Shown: positions 28,668 through 37,366 of the stretch, in pieces
Numbering within the stretch: position 1 is the first letter of the stretch
Layout of the letters: each line of letters opens with the position of its first letter
Assembly: GCF_000737315.1 (NCBI RefSeq)
Contig: NZ_JMCB01000013.1
Span: forward strand, 82,001 to 144,000
DNA from: Hyalangium minutum
GTDB taxonomy: Bacteria; Myxococcota; Myxococcia; Myxococcales; Myxococcaceae
Reading direction: 5' to 3'
DNA: 62,000 nt
Notes under the pieces: model-generated
What the model was told of the DNA's origin: nothing
Seen by the model: only the letters and a program-made list of their open reading frames with translations
The model's database searches: none
Program-made: the position numbers and the translations under genes

Positions 28668-28799
28668 GGATCCTCCCCATGAAGGCGGGCCGCTCGTGCC
28701 CCACCTGTTGGGTGGGGAGGAACGCAGAAATCACGCGCGAAGTCCAGGGGCAGAATCCGCTTCAAGGCGCTCTGGTGACCTGGGCTAGAGTCCGCGCCC

Positions 28800-29561
28800 G
28801 TGGAACGGCGACTCGAAGGCAAGCGCGTCCTGGTCACGCGCCCGAAAGAGCGGGTGGAAGAGCTGTGCTTCCTCCTGGAGGACGAGGGTGCGGAGGTGCT
28901 CAGCCTCCCCTTGCTGGAGTTGCGTCCTCCCGAGGATCCCCGGCCGCTCATGGCCGCTGCGGAGTCCATTCAGCGCTACCGGTGGGTGGTGTTCGCCAGC
29001 CCCTCGGCTGTGGAGGCGTTGATGGAGGCCTTGCGCGAGGCGGGCACGGCGGACCTCATGGGCCGCGTGCGCGTGGCGGCGGTGGGGCCACGCACGGCCC
29101 GTGTGGCCGAGAGCTACGGCTTGAAGGTGGCCGCCGAGCCCACCGAGTCCACGGGCCTGGGGCTCTTCGAGGCGCTCCGGTCCGAGCTTCACCCGGACGA
29201 CGAGGTGCTCCTGCCCGCCGCCGAGGAGGGGCGCCGCGAGCTGGAGCTGGCGCTGCGTGAGCAAGGCGTGCGTGTCACCCGGGTGACGGCGTACCGGACC
29301 ACGCCCGCCGCGTTGCCTCCCGAGGCCCAGGAGCTGCTGCGCACCGCTCCGCCGGACGTGGTGCTCTTCGCCTCGCCGCGCACGGTGGAGGTGTTCCTGG
29401 AGGCCGCCGGCCGCGAGCGGCTGGAGCAGGCCCGGGTGGTGGCCATTGGCCCGACGACTGCGGGCGCGCTGGCCCGGCTGGGCATCGAGGTGGCTGCGGT
29501 GGCCGAGCAGCCCACCCCTGAAGGGCTCGTGGACGCCGCGAGCCGAGCCATTCACGGGTAA
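28800..29561 (+). CDS. hemD: Uroporphyrinogen-III synthase
   Basis: VLVTRP, VFASPSAVE, AAVGPRTA, AYRT, FASPRTV, AIGPTTA. Confidence 0.93.
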   Translation: MERRLEGKRVLVTRPKERVEELCFLLEDEGAEVLSLPLLELRPPEDPRPLMAAAESIQRYRWVVFASPSAVEALMEALREAGTADLMGRVRVAAVGPRTARVAESYGLKVAAEPTESTGLGLFEALRSELHPDDEVLLPAAEEGRRELELALREQGVRVTRVTAYRTTPAALPPEAQELLRTAPPDVVLFASPRTVEVFLEAAGRERLEQARVVAIGPTTAGALARLGIEVAAVAEQPTPEGLVDAASRAIHG

Positions 29562-29573
29562 GCTGGGGCCACC

Positions 29574-30119
29574 ATGGGTTCTCTCCGCCTCCTCGGGCTG
29601 ATGATCGTTCTCGGCCTGCCTGCGCTCGCCGGGGCCTCGGGTCTGCCCCCGCAGACGCTGGCCGAGCTGGCCGGGCCATCGGATCGGATCGTCCTCGCGC
29701 GCGTGGTGGACCAGCGCGTCAATGTGCCAAATGGCAACGTGAGACAGATGACCACCATCTCCCGGTTGGAGGTGCTGGAGGAGTACCGTGGGCAGGGACC
29801 GCGCGCGCTGGAGCTGGTGCAGCTGGGCGGACGCAGCGGCTTGTGGGAGTCGCACCTGGCGGGAGATGCGAAGATCGCCGCGGGAGAGACGGCGCTGATG
29901 TTCCTCCGCTGCCCGGATCCGAAGGCGGTGGAGCGGTGCGTGCTGGTAGGGCAGGGCGCCGGGAAGCACACGGTGACGGAGGGCGCCCAGGGGCGGCGGG
30001 AGGTGGAGCTCACCGCGCGGGTGAAGGGCGGCCCGGTCCGGCGGTCCTTGGATGAAGTCGTGGACGAGATCCGGCGGGCGACTCTGCCCCCGGCGCAGCA
30101 GGAGAGGGGCAAGCGATGA
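29574..30119 (+). CDS. Secreted hypothetical protein coupled to the matrixin
   Basis: Signal peptide; SDRIVLARV...QLGG...GETALMFL...VGQGAGK; ATGA overlap with the next gene. Confidence 0.75.
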   Translation: MGSLRLLGLMIVLGLPALAGASGLPPQTLAELAGPSDRIVLARVVDQRVNVPNGNVRQMTTISRLEVLEEYRGQGPRALELVQLGGRSGLWESHLAGDAKIAAGETALMFLRCPDPKAVERCVLVGQGAGKHTVTEGAQGRREVELTARVKGGPVRRSLDEVVDEIRRATLPPAQQERGKR

Positions 30120-31897
30120 ACCGCAAGCTGCAACGGATGGCAGTGCTCGCGATGATGGCCTGGAGTGCCACGGCCTCCGCGCAGCAGTACGAGTATCTCG
30201 GCTTCAAGATGCTCAACAACCGGGACTACCCGTTCGCCTATTACCTGGACTCGCGCGCCAGCAACCCGGCGGGCATTGCCCTCTCGCAGGTGGAGGCCGC
30301 CACCACCGCGGCCTTCCAGACCTGGGAGAACGTGGCCTGTGCGTACCCGGATTTCCAATACAAGGGCTACAGCAGCACGGCCGCGATCCCGGATGTGCGC
30401 AGCACCACGGACGCGTTCAACGTCAGCACCATCTGGATCACCAGCTCGGCCGACCCCTACTACAACACGGCGCTCGCGGGCGGGAACTCGCCTTCCGGCT
30501 CTGTCCCGCTCACCTACGCGGGCTACCTCTACCAGTGTGACATCTTCATCAACGCGGTGACCTTCCGGTGGACGACGCTGGCCGGCACGGATCCACGCGA
30601 CAACTTCCGCGATCTGCAGACGGCGCTGACACATGAGGTGGGCCACTGCATGGGGCTCGGGGATGCGTACGCGCCCAACTCGGCGGTGATGTACCCGGAG
30701 TTCCCGGCGGGCCAGACCAAGCGCGTGCTCGATGCCCAGGACGTGACGCAGGTCTGCAGCTACCTGCCGGAGGACGGAGCGGTGGGCTCGCCGTGCTCGG
30801 ACAGCGATCCGTGTACCAACGGCCTCGCCTGCATCCCCTACAACAGCGGCAACGTGTCCTATAAGTACTGCTCCAAGGGCTGCACCGGCAACGATCCAGC
30901 CGAGTGCCCCAGCCCGTTCGTGTGCCAGACGTCCTCGGCCGTCGCTGGCTCCACGAAGGCCTGCCTCGCCGTCCCCAACCAGGCGGTGACGCAGGTGGGC
31001 AAGGAGTGCGGCACCAACGCGCAGTGTGGCTCGGCCGTGGCCATCTGCAAGACGCCCGAGCAACTGCCCTCTGGGGGGACCGCCTGGGTGGATGGCTACT
31101 GCCAGCAGGGGTGCAACGCGGGCTCCTCGGCCAGCACCTGCCCGGCGGGCTCGGTGTGCGTCAACACGAGCGCGGGCACGGATGATAGCTGCCTCAAGCG
31201 GTGCCGGCCCGGCACGGGCGACTGCCGCGCGGGCTACACCTGCTCGCCACTGGCCGAGGGAGATGCCTGCGTCCCCAACTGCTACAACGACTTGGACTGC
31301 AATGGCGGCACGACGGCCACCAACTATATCTGCCGCACGTGCGATCACGTCTGCATCGAGAACAAGCAGACGGGGCGCTCCGTGGGAGACGGGTGCCAGC
31401 GCAGCGAGGAGTGCGGCCCGGGGCAGATCTGCCTCTTCATCAACAACCACCCGGAGGGCATCTGCTCGCAGCCGTGCTCCACCGCGGCGTGTGGCTGCCC
31501 CGGGGGCTCCACGTGCAAGCAGGTGGGACCGGACCTCATGTGCATGAGGGACTGCGCCGCGGGCACCTGCGCCAGCCCGGCGCAGTGCAACCCCGTGGGC
31601 TCCACGTACTCGTGCACGGCCCGGTGCCGCACGCGCAATGACTGCCCCACGGGCTTCGAGTGCTATCCGGAGGGCTGCATCGATCCCACGAAGGTCCCGG
31701 ATGCGGGCTGCACGCTCTGCGGCACCGATGCCGGAACGAACCCGCCTCCGCCTCCGCCTCCGGATGGTGGCACGGGAGGGGGAGATGGAGGCCCCGGCGG
31801 GTGTGGCTGCGGCCAGGCCCCCACGTCGGCGATGCTGCTGTCGGCGCTCGCGCTGCTGCTGGTCGCTGGAGGTCGCCGCTCTTGGCCTCGCCGGTAA
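30116..31897 (+). CDS. Matrixin-like zinc metalloprotease with Cys-rich repeats and MYXO-CTERM tag
   Basis: HEVGHCMGLGD, Met-turn AVMYP, many Cys modules, C-terminal GGCGCG + TM + RR. Confidence 0.88.
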   Translation: MNRKLQRMAVLAMMAWSATASAQQYEYLGFKMLNNRDYPFAYYLDSRASNPAGIALSQVEAATTAAFQTWENVACAYPDFQYKGYSSTAAIPDVRSTTDAFNVSTIWITSSADPYYNTALAGGNSPSGSVPLTYAGYLYQCDIFINAVTFRWTTLAGTDPRDNFRDLQTALTHEVGHCMGLGDAYAPNSAVMYPEFPAGQTKRVLDAQDVTQVCSYLPEDGAVGSPCSDSDPCTNGLACIPYNSGNVSYKYCSKGCTGNDPAECPSPFVCQTSSAVAGSTKACLAVPNQAVTQVGKECGTNAQCGSAVAICKTPEQLPSGGTAWVDGYCQQGCNAGSSASTCPAGSVCVNTSAGTDDSCLKRCRPGTGDCRAGYTCSPLAEGDACVPNCYNDLDCNGGTTATNYICRTCDHVCIENKQTGRSVGDGCQRSEECGPGQICLFINNHPEGICSQPCSTAACGCPGGSTCKQVGPDLMCMRDCAAGTCASPAQCNPVGSTYSCTARCRTRNDCPTGFECYPEGCIDPTKVPDAGCTLCGTDAGTNPPPPPPPDGGTGGGDGGPGGCGCGQAPTSAMLLSALALLLVAGGRRSWPRR

Positions 31898-33705
31898 CCG
31901 CCACCAGCCGCTCCCAGGCGGACTTCAGCACGATGTTCGTGCTCGAGGCGCTCGTCCATCAGGGCCTGCTCACCGCGCAGCAGGCCCAGGAGATCCTCGC
32001 GCGCGAGTCCGCCGCCCGCGCCCGCGTCCTCAAGGCCAAGGCGCAGGGCGGCTCCAAGGAGGCGGCACGCTATGACGTGTCGCCGGTGGAGCTCATCGCG
32101 GCCTTCCAGGTGCCGCTGTCCGAGGGCCGCGGCGTGCTGGACGAGGATCGGGTGACGGAGGCGGCCGCTCGCGCCGCCGGCATGCCGTACCGGAAGATCG
32201 ACCCGCTCAAGCTGGACATGGCGCTGGCCACGCGTACGGTGTCCCGGCCCTTCGCGCAGAAGCACGCGCTGCTGCCGCTGGAGCGCACGCAGCAGGGGCG
32301 GCTCGTGGTGGCGGTGGCCAACCCGTTCGATCGCGAGCTGTTCGAGAACCTCTACCGGCTGGCGGGTCTGCCCATCGAGCCGGTGCTGTCGTCCAAGTCG
32401 GACATCCTCAAGTCCATCACGGAGATCTACGGTTTCAAGAAGACGCTGGCGCGCGCGGCGGATGACTTCGCCACCGGGCCGTCGGTCGCCAACTTCGAGC
32501 AGCTGGTGTCGCTCAGCGGCACGCAAGAGCTGGACGCGGGCGACAAGCCAGTGGTGCAGGCGGTGGACTACCTGCTGCGCTACGCCTTCGACAACCGCGG
32601 GTCGGATATCCACATCGAGCCCAAGCGCGCCCAGTCGCACGTGCGTCTGCGCATCGACGGCGTGCTGCACACCGTCTACACCCTGCCGGCGGGGGTCCAC
32701 GCGCCCATCGTCTCGCGCGTGAAGATGCTCTCGCGCATGGACATCTCCGAGAAGCGCAAGCCGCAGGACGGCCGCATCAAGACAGAGCGCGAGGGCCGCG
32801 AAGTGGAGCTCCGCGTCTCCACGCTGCCCACTGCGTTCGGCGAGAAGGTGGTCATCCGTATCTTCGATCCGGAGACGCTGGTGCAGGACATTGCCCAGCT
32901 GGGCTTCGAGCCGGATGAGAAGGATTCATTCGAGTCCTGGATCGACCAGCCGCACGGGCTCATCCTGGTGACGGGCCCCACGGGCAGCGGCAAGACGACG
33001 ACGCTGTACTCGGCGCTGAAGGCGGTGGCGGGCCCGGACGTGAACGTCACCACGATCGAGGATCCGATCGAAATGGTGTGGGAGGGCTTCAACCAGGTGC
33101 AGGTTCAGCCCAAGGTGGGCTTGGACTTCGCCGGGGCGCTGCGCCACATCCTCCGCCAGGACCCGGACGTCATCATGGTGGGCGAGATCCGTGACGCGGA
33201 GACGGCGGAGAACGCCATTCAGTCCGCGCTCACGGGCCACCTGGTGCTCTCCACGCTGCACACCAACGACGCGATCGGCGCCGTGGCGCGCATGAAGGAT
33301 CTCGAGGTGCCGGCGTTCCTGCTCTCGCAGAGCCTCGTGGGGCTGATGGCCCAGCGCCTGCTGCGGCGCAACTGTGTCCATTGCGTACAGGAGACCACGC
33401 TGACGCCGGACGAGCTGACGTCGCTGATGGTGCCCATTCCGCTGCTGCCTGGAGGCGTGAGGCTGCTCAAGGGCGCGGGATGTGTGCGTTGCCGGGGCAC
33501 AGGCTATTTCGGACGTACGGGAGTCTTTGAAATCGTCAGCATCAACGCGGAGCTGAAGGACCTCATCAACCGTGGTGCGACGCACTACGAGCTGGTGGAG
33601 GCGGCTCGGCGCGCAGGGATGCGCACCCTTCGGGAGGCGGGTGTGCGCAAACTCGCGCAAGGACTCACCACCTTTGAAGAGGTGATGCGAATGACGGCTG
33701 TCTGA
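31882..33705 (+). CDS. GspE/PilB family secretion ATPase
   Basis: GPTGSGKTT, TIEDPIE, VGEIRD, STLHTND, CVHC/CVRC. GGAGG 31868-31872 supports the TTG start at 31882, overlapping the matrixin 3' end. Confidence 0.92.
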   Translation: MASPVTATSRSQADFSTMFVLEALVHQGLLTAQQAQEILARESAARARVLKAKAQGGSKEAARYDVSPVELIAAFQVPLSEGRGVLDEDRVTEAAARAAGMPYRKIDPLKLDMALATRTVSRPFAQKHALLPLERTQQGRLVVAVANPFDRELFENLYRLAGLPIEPVLSSKSDILKSITEIYGFKKTLARAADDFATGPSVANFEQLVSLSGTQELDAGDKPVVQAVDYLLRYAFDNRGSDIHIEPKRAQSHVRLRIDGVLHTVYTLPAGVHAPIVSRVKMLSRMDISEKRKPQDGRIKTEREGREVELRVSTLPTAFGEKVVIRIFDPETLVQDIAQLGFEPDEKDSFESWIDQPHGLILVTGPTGSGKTTTLYSALKAVAGPDVNVTTIEDPIEMVWEGFNQVQVQPKVGLDFAGALRHILRQDPDVIMVGEIRDAETAENAIQSALTGHLVLSTLHTNDAIGAVARMKDLEVPAFLLSQSLVGLMAQRLLRRNCVHCVQETTLTPDELTSLMVPIPLLPGGVRLLKGAGCVRCRGTGYFGRTGVFEIVSINAELKDLINRGATHYELVEAARRAGMRTLREAGVRKLAQGLTTFEEVMRMTAV

Positions 33706-33753
33706 AGTCCCGGGGGTCGGAGCCCCGGATGGCTTGTAGTAAAATGCAAGCGT

Positions 33754-35709
33754 ATGAGCTCCGAATCCCTGGCAGCCAGCGGTCCTCAGGTTCCCGTGGT
33801 GCTGGTGAACATGCCATTCGGGCCTCTGCAGACGCCTTCGATGGGGCTGAGCCTGCTCAAGCCGGCCTTGAAGGCCGCGGGCATCGAGAGCCACGTCTTC
33901 TACTTCCACCTCCGCTTCGCCCAGCAGTTCGGCGTCAGTCTCTACACCGCCATCTCCGGGAACTACTCGGGGGTGACGGACCTCACGGGGGACTGGCTGT
34001 TCTCGCATGCGCTGTACGAGGCCAAGCCCGATGACACCCAGCGCTACCTCTCCACCGTCATGCGGCGGAGGCGCCCGGACCAGGAGCTGGGGTGGGCGGA
34101 GCTGGAGGGCTACATCGCGGAGTTGCTGATTGCTCGCGTGGGCATCTCCGCCTTCGTGGATGAGTGTGTAGAGGCCATTCTGCAGACTGGCGCGCGCGTG
34201 GTGGGCTTCACGAGCGTCTACCAGCAGAACGTGGCGGCGCTCGCGGTCGCGCAGAGGCTCAAGCGCCGGCGCCCGGAGCTCCTCACGGTGTTTGGCGGCG
34301 CGAACTTCGAGGGCATCACGGGCCGCGAGCAGTTCGAGCGCTTTCCCTTCATCGACGTCGTCTTCTCGGGCGAGTCGGAGCAGCGGTTCCCGTGGGTGGT
34401 GGAGCGCCTGCTGCGCGGCGAGCGGCTGGGCAAGCTCGTGGGCGTGCTGGCGCGAGAGCACCTCGCAGGAGGCCCCAGCTTCCCGGGGAGCGGGGACACG
34501 ATGCTCCGCGAGATGGACCGGCTGCCGGTGCCAGACTTCTCGGACTTCTTCACGCAGTGGGCGGAGGCCCGGCTGGAGGGCGCTCCAAAGCCGGTGGTGC
34601 CCTTCGAGACGTCGCGGGGCTGCTGGTGGGGGCAGAAGCAGCACTGCACCTTCTGTGGCTTGAACGGCGAGTCCATGGCGTACCGGAGCAAGTCACCGGA
34701 GCGCGCCCTCTCGGAGTTCATCCAGGTGACGGAGGCGCATCCCGGCTGCCAGGTGGTGGTGGTCGATAACATCCTGGACATGAAGTACTTCAAGTCCTTC
34801 ATCCCGGCGCTGGGCGCTCGCTCCAACCCGGTGGACATCTTCTACGAGGTGAAGGCCAACCTGACCCACGAGCAGGTCCGGCTGCTGCGCGCCGCGCGCG
34901 TTATGGAGCTGCAACCCGGCATCGAGAGCCTGAGCGATCAGGTGCTGCGACTCATGCGCAAGGGCGTGACGGGGATGCAGAACCTGCAGCTGATGAAGTG
35001 GTGCAAGGAGTACGGCATCAACGTGCTCTGGAGCGTGCTCTGGGGCTTCCCGGGCGAGGAGCCCGGGGAGTACGCGCGGATGACGGAGCTGGTCCCGCTG
35101 GTGACCCACCTGGCGCCACCCATCGCGGGGATCTCCATTCTCCTGGAGCGCTTCTCCCCGAACTTCAACGAGGCCCAGGCGCGAGGGTTCAAGAACGTCC
35201 GGCCCGCCCCCGCGTACTCCTTCATCTACGACTTGCCGGAGTCCGCGCTCCACAACATGGCGTACTTCTTCTCCTACGAGTACGAGGACGGCCGGAACGT
35301 CCCGTCCTACGTGCAGACGCTGAACAAGCGCATCTGGGAGTGGAAGGCCGAGTACAGCACCTCGGCCCTGTACTCGCTGGACAAGGGAGATCACCTGCGG
35401 ATCGTCGACCGGAGGAAGGTGGCTCCCAGCCCCTCCCTGATTCTGCAGGGCGCCGAGCGATGGGCCCTGCTGGCCTGCGACGCGGTGACGTCCGTGCAGG
35501 CGCTGAAGGAGCGCTACCAGGAGCAGGACCCCCTGGCGCAGGGCTGGGACCCGCTGGAGACCGTGCTGGCGAGCCTCGTGGAGGCCAAGCTGGTGCTCAC
35601 CGATGGCAAGCACTACCTCGGCCTGCCTGTCGCCGTGACTCAGGATCCGCTGGCCGCGCCTGTGCCATTCATGGACGCGCTGGGGGAGCCCGTTCCGTCG
35701 GCGGCGTGA
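33754..35709 (+). CDS. B12-dependent radical SAM C-methyltransferase, RiPP-maturation type
   Basis: N-terminal B12-binding region (VGFTSVYQQ, FGGANFE), ETSRG-CWWGQKQHCTFC (CX7CX2C), YEVKANL, QPGIESLS. Confidence 0.88.
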   Translation: MSSESLAASGPQVPVVLVNMPFGPLQTPSMGLSLLKPALKAAGIESHVFYFHLRFAQQFGVSLYTAISGNYSGVTDLTGDWLFSHALYEAKPDDTQRYLSTVMRRRRPDQELGWAELEGYIAELLIARVGISAFVDECVEAILQTGARVVGFTSVYQQNVAALAVAQRLKRRRPELLTVFGGANFEGITGREQFERFPFIDVVFSGESEQRFPWVVERLLRGERLGKLVGVLAREHLAGGPSFPGSGDTMLREMDRLPVPDFSDFFTQWAEARLEGAPKPVVPFETSRGCWWGQKQHCTFCGLNGESMAYRSKSPERALSEFIQVTEAHPGCQVVVVDNILDMKYFKSFIPALGARSNPVDIFYEVKANLTHEQVRLLRAARVMELQPGIESLSDQVLRLMRKGVTGMQNLQLMKWCKEYGINVLWSVLWGFPGEEPGEYARMTELVPLVTHLAPPIAGISILLERFSPNFNEAQARGFKNVRPAPAYSFIYDLPESALHNMAYFFSYEYEDGRNVPSYVQTLNKRIWEWKAEYSTSALYSLDKGDHLRIVDRRKVAPSPSLILQGAERWALLACDAVTSVQALKERYQEQDPLAQGWDPLETVLASLVEAKLVLTDGKHYLGLPVAVTQDPLAAPVPFMDALGEPVPSAA

Positions 35710-35751
35710 CCCCGGCGGCATGCGCTCGCCGAGGCCCCACCGAGCCGCGCC

Positions 35752-37287
35752 TTAGAAGCGCGCCTGGAGCAGCGTGTTGAAGCCGAGCGCGTGCGGCTCC
35801 TCGAAGCGCGGCTGCGCCACGCCCGTCACGTCATCCCGGAACGTCGTCCGGTTGTTGTCGTAGGTGTAATAGACCTCGCCCACCGCGGCGACCGTCTCCG
35901 ACAAGTCCCACCGGAAGGTGGCCTTCGCCGACAGGATCGGCTCCGCCTTGCACGCCGCGTTGGACGCGCCGCACGTCTCCGGGAGGATGCTGAGCTGGTT
36001 CACGTCGCGCACCACCACCGTGCGCGTGCCCGTCAGGCCCGGGGGAGGGTTGTTGCCGCCGCCCAGGAACTCGGGGCTGCGGTAGGAGGCGGGCTGCTGC
36101 ACGCCGACGATGAAGCCCGGCGTGAAGTGCCAGTTCGGCAGGTAGTAGTCCGCGCCGGCCGCGATGAACATCTCCGGCTTGAGCTGTGTGCCCTCGGGGA
36201 AGTCACGGAACGGCGGCAGGCCCGGCACCTCGAACTGGATGAAGGACAGGCTGCGGTACAGCCCCAGCAGGTGCATGCGCCAGTTGTTCCACTTGGCCCG
36301 CGCCTGCAGCGCCACCGCCGTGGCCCCCTGCGGCACCGTGCGCGCGAACACGTCCGGATCCTCCAGCGTCTGCGTCAGGTAGCTGCCCTCGAGCGACACG
36401 GAGTAGGAGAGCCCGCCCGGGTACGTCTCTGGCGCGAAGAAGCGCTGGTAGACGTCGGGATCGTTCCGGTACAGCCGGAAGTCCACGCTCGTGCCCACCG
36501 GCACGCCCACGTGGTACACGGCCTGCGCGGACAGGCCCGCCGAGTTCACCGGCGCCCGGATGCCCTGGTTGGCCAGGCCCGGGATGATGCCCTTCTGGAA
36601 GTAGCCGCCACCGGCCTCCAGCCGCAGCGTCTCCAGAATGTCCACGCCCGCGCCGCCCATCAGGCCGTAGAGCGTCTCCTTCTCCAAAATCAAGTCGTTG
36701 AGCACCAGCGACGTCTTGCCGCCCAGGTACGCGTACCAACGGTCCCGGGTAACCTGCAGCTTCACGCCCGGCACGCCCTCGGCCGCGGCGCGGTTGGTGA
36801 AGACGCCGCTGCCGCCCCACGAGATGCGGTACGCATACCCGAGCCGGAAGCGATCCGCGGAAACCGGGAAGCCGGTGAGCGAGATGCCCTCCTTCTCGCC
36901 CCAGCCCGGCGGGGTGTAGTTGAGCCGGATGTAGCTGGAGTTGTCACGCAAGGTGACGCCGCCCGAGGGCTGCTCCAGCACGAGGATCGTCAGCGCGGCC
37001 TCGGTGGTGAGCCCCTCGAAGAACGCGGGCATGCGCTTGTAGAGCACCAGGTTCGACAGCGTCTCGAAGCCCGAGAAGCGCGTGTTGAAGTTGTCGTAGA
37101 ACTGGGTGTTCTGGTTGCCCGCGCCGAAGCGCGCGTTGGGGCTGTTGGGCGTCGTCTCGCCAGCGCCCGCCAGGACGTTGTCGTCCGCGAACACGAAGGA
37201 CAGGCGGGTATCGACGAAGTCACCGGCCCAGGCGGGCACACCAAGGAGCAACAGCCCAGTCAGGGCCAGGGTAGGCAGCGTTTTCAA
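35752..37287 (-). CDS. Outer-membrane beta-barrel protein
   Basis: GGAGG then TTG 37287; signal peptide; amphipathic strands; terminal LQARF. Confidence 0.75.
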   Translation of the reverse strand: MKTLPTLALTGLLLLGVPAWAGDFVDTRLSFVFADDNVLAGAGETTPNSPNARFGAGNQNTQFYDNFNTRFSGFETLSNLVLYKRMPAFFEGLTTEAALTILVLEQPSGGVTLRDNSSYIRLNYTPPGWGEKEGISLTGFPVSADRFRLGYAYRISWGGSGVFTNRAAAEGVPGVKLQVTRDRWYAYLGGKTSLVLNDLILEKETLYGLMGGAGVDILETLRLEAGGGYFQKGIIPGLANQGIRAPVNSAGLSAQAVYHVGVPVGTSVDFRLYRNDPDVYQRFFAPETYPGGLSYSVSLEGSYLTQTLEDPDVFARTVPQGATAVALQARAKWNNWRMHLLGLYRSLSFIQFEVPGLPPFRDFPEGTQLKPEMFIAAGADYYLPNWHFTPGFIVGVQQPASYRSPEFLGGGNNPPPGLTGTRTVVVRDVNQLSILPETCGASNAACKAEPILSAKATFRWDLSETVAAVGEVYYTYDNNRTTFRDDVTGVAQPRFEEPHALGFNTLLQARF

Positions 37288-37366
37288 ACTTCCCTCCAAG
37301 GACGCGGCCGGATGGCCGCGCCTCCCAAAGCCCCGTTGCCAGGGCATGCTTCAAATCAAGAGATGA

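Larger units (their letters stand above)
22099..28780. mobile_element. Accessory gene cassette/island between hemC and hemD (no integrase seen)
   Basis: Six non-heme genes split the usual hemC-hemD adjacency; codon usage is visibly less GC3-biased; contains a frameshifted gene. Confidence 0.65.

Noticed and set aside
19023-35709. Functional link between tetrapyrrole genes and the B12 radical SAM enzyme
   Set aside because: No cobalamin-specific genes are present and unrelated genes intervene; proximity is probably coincidental.
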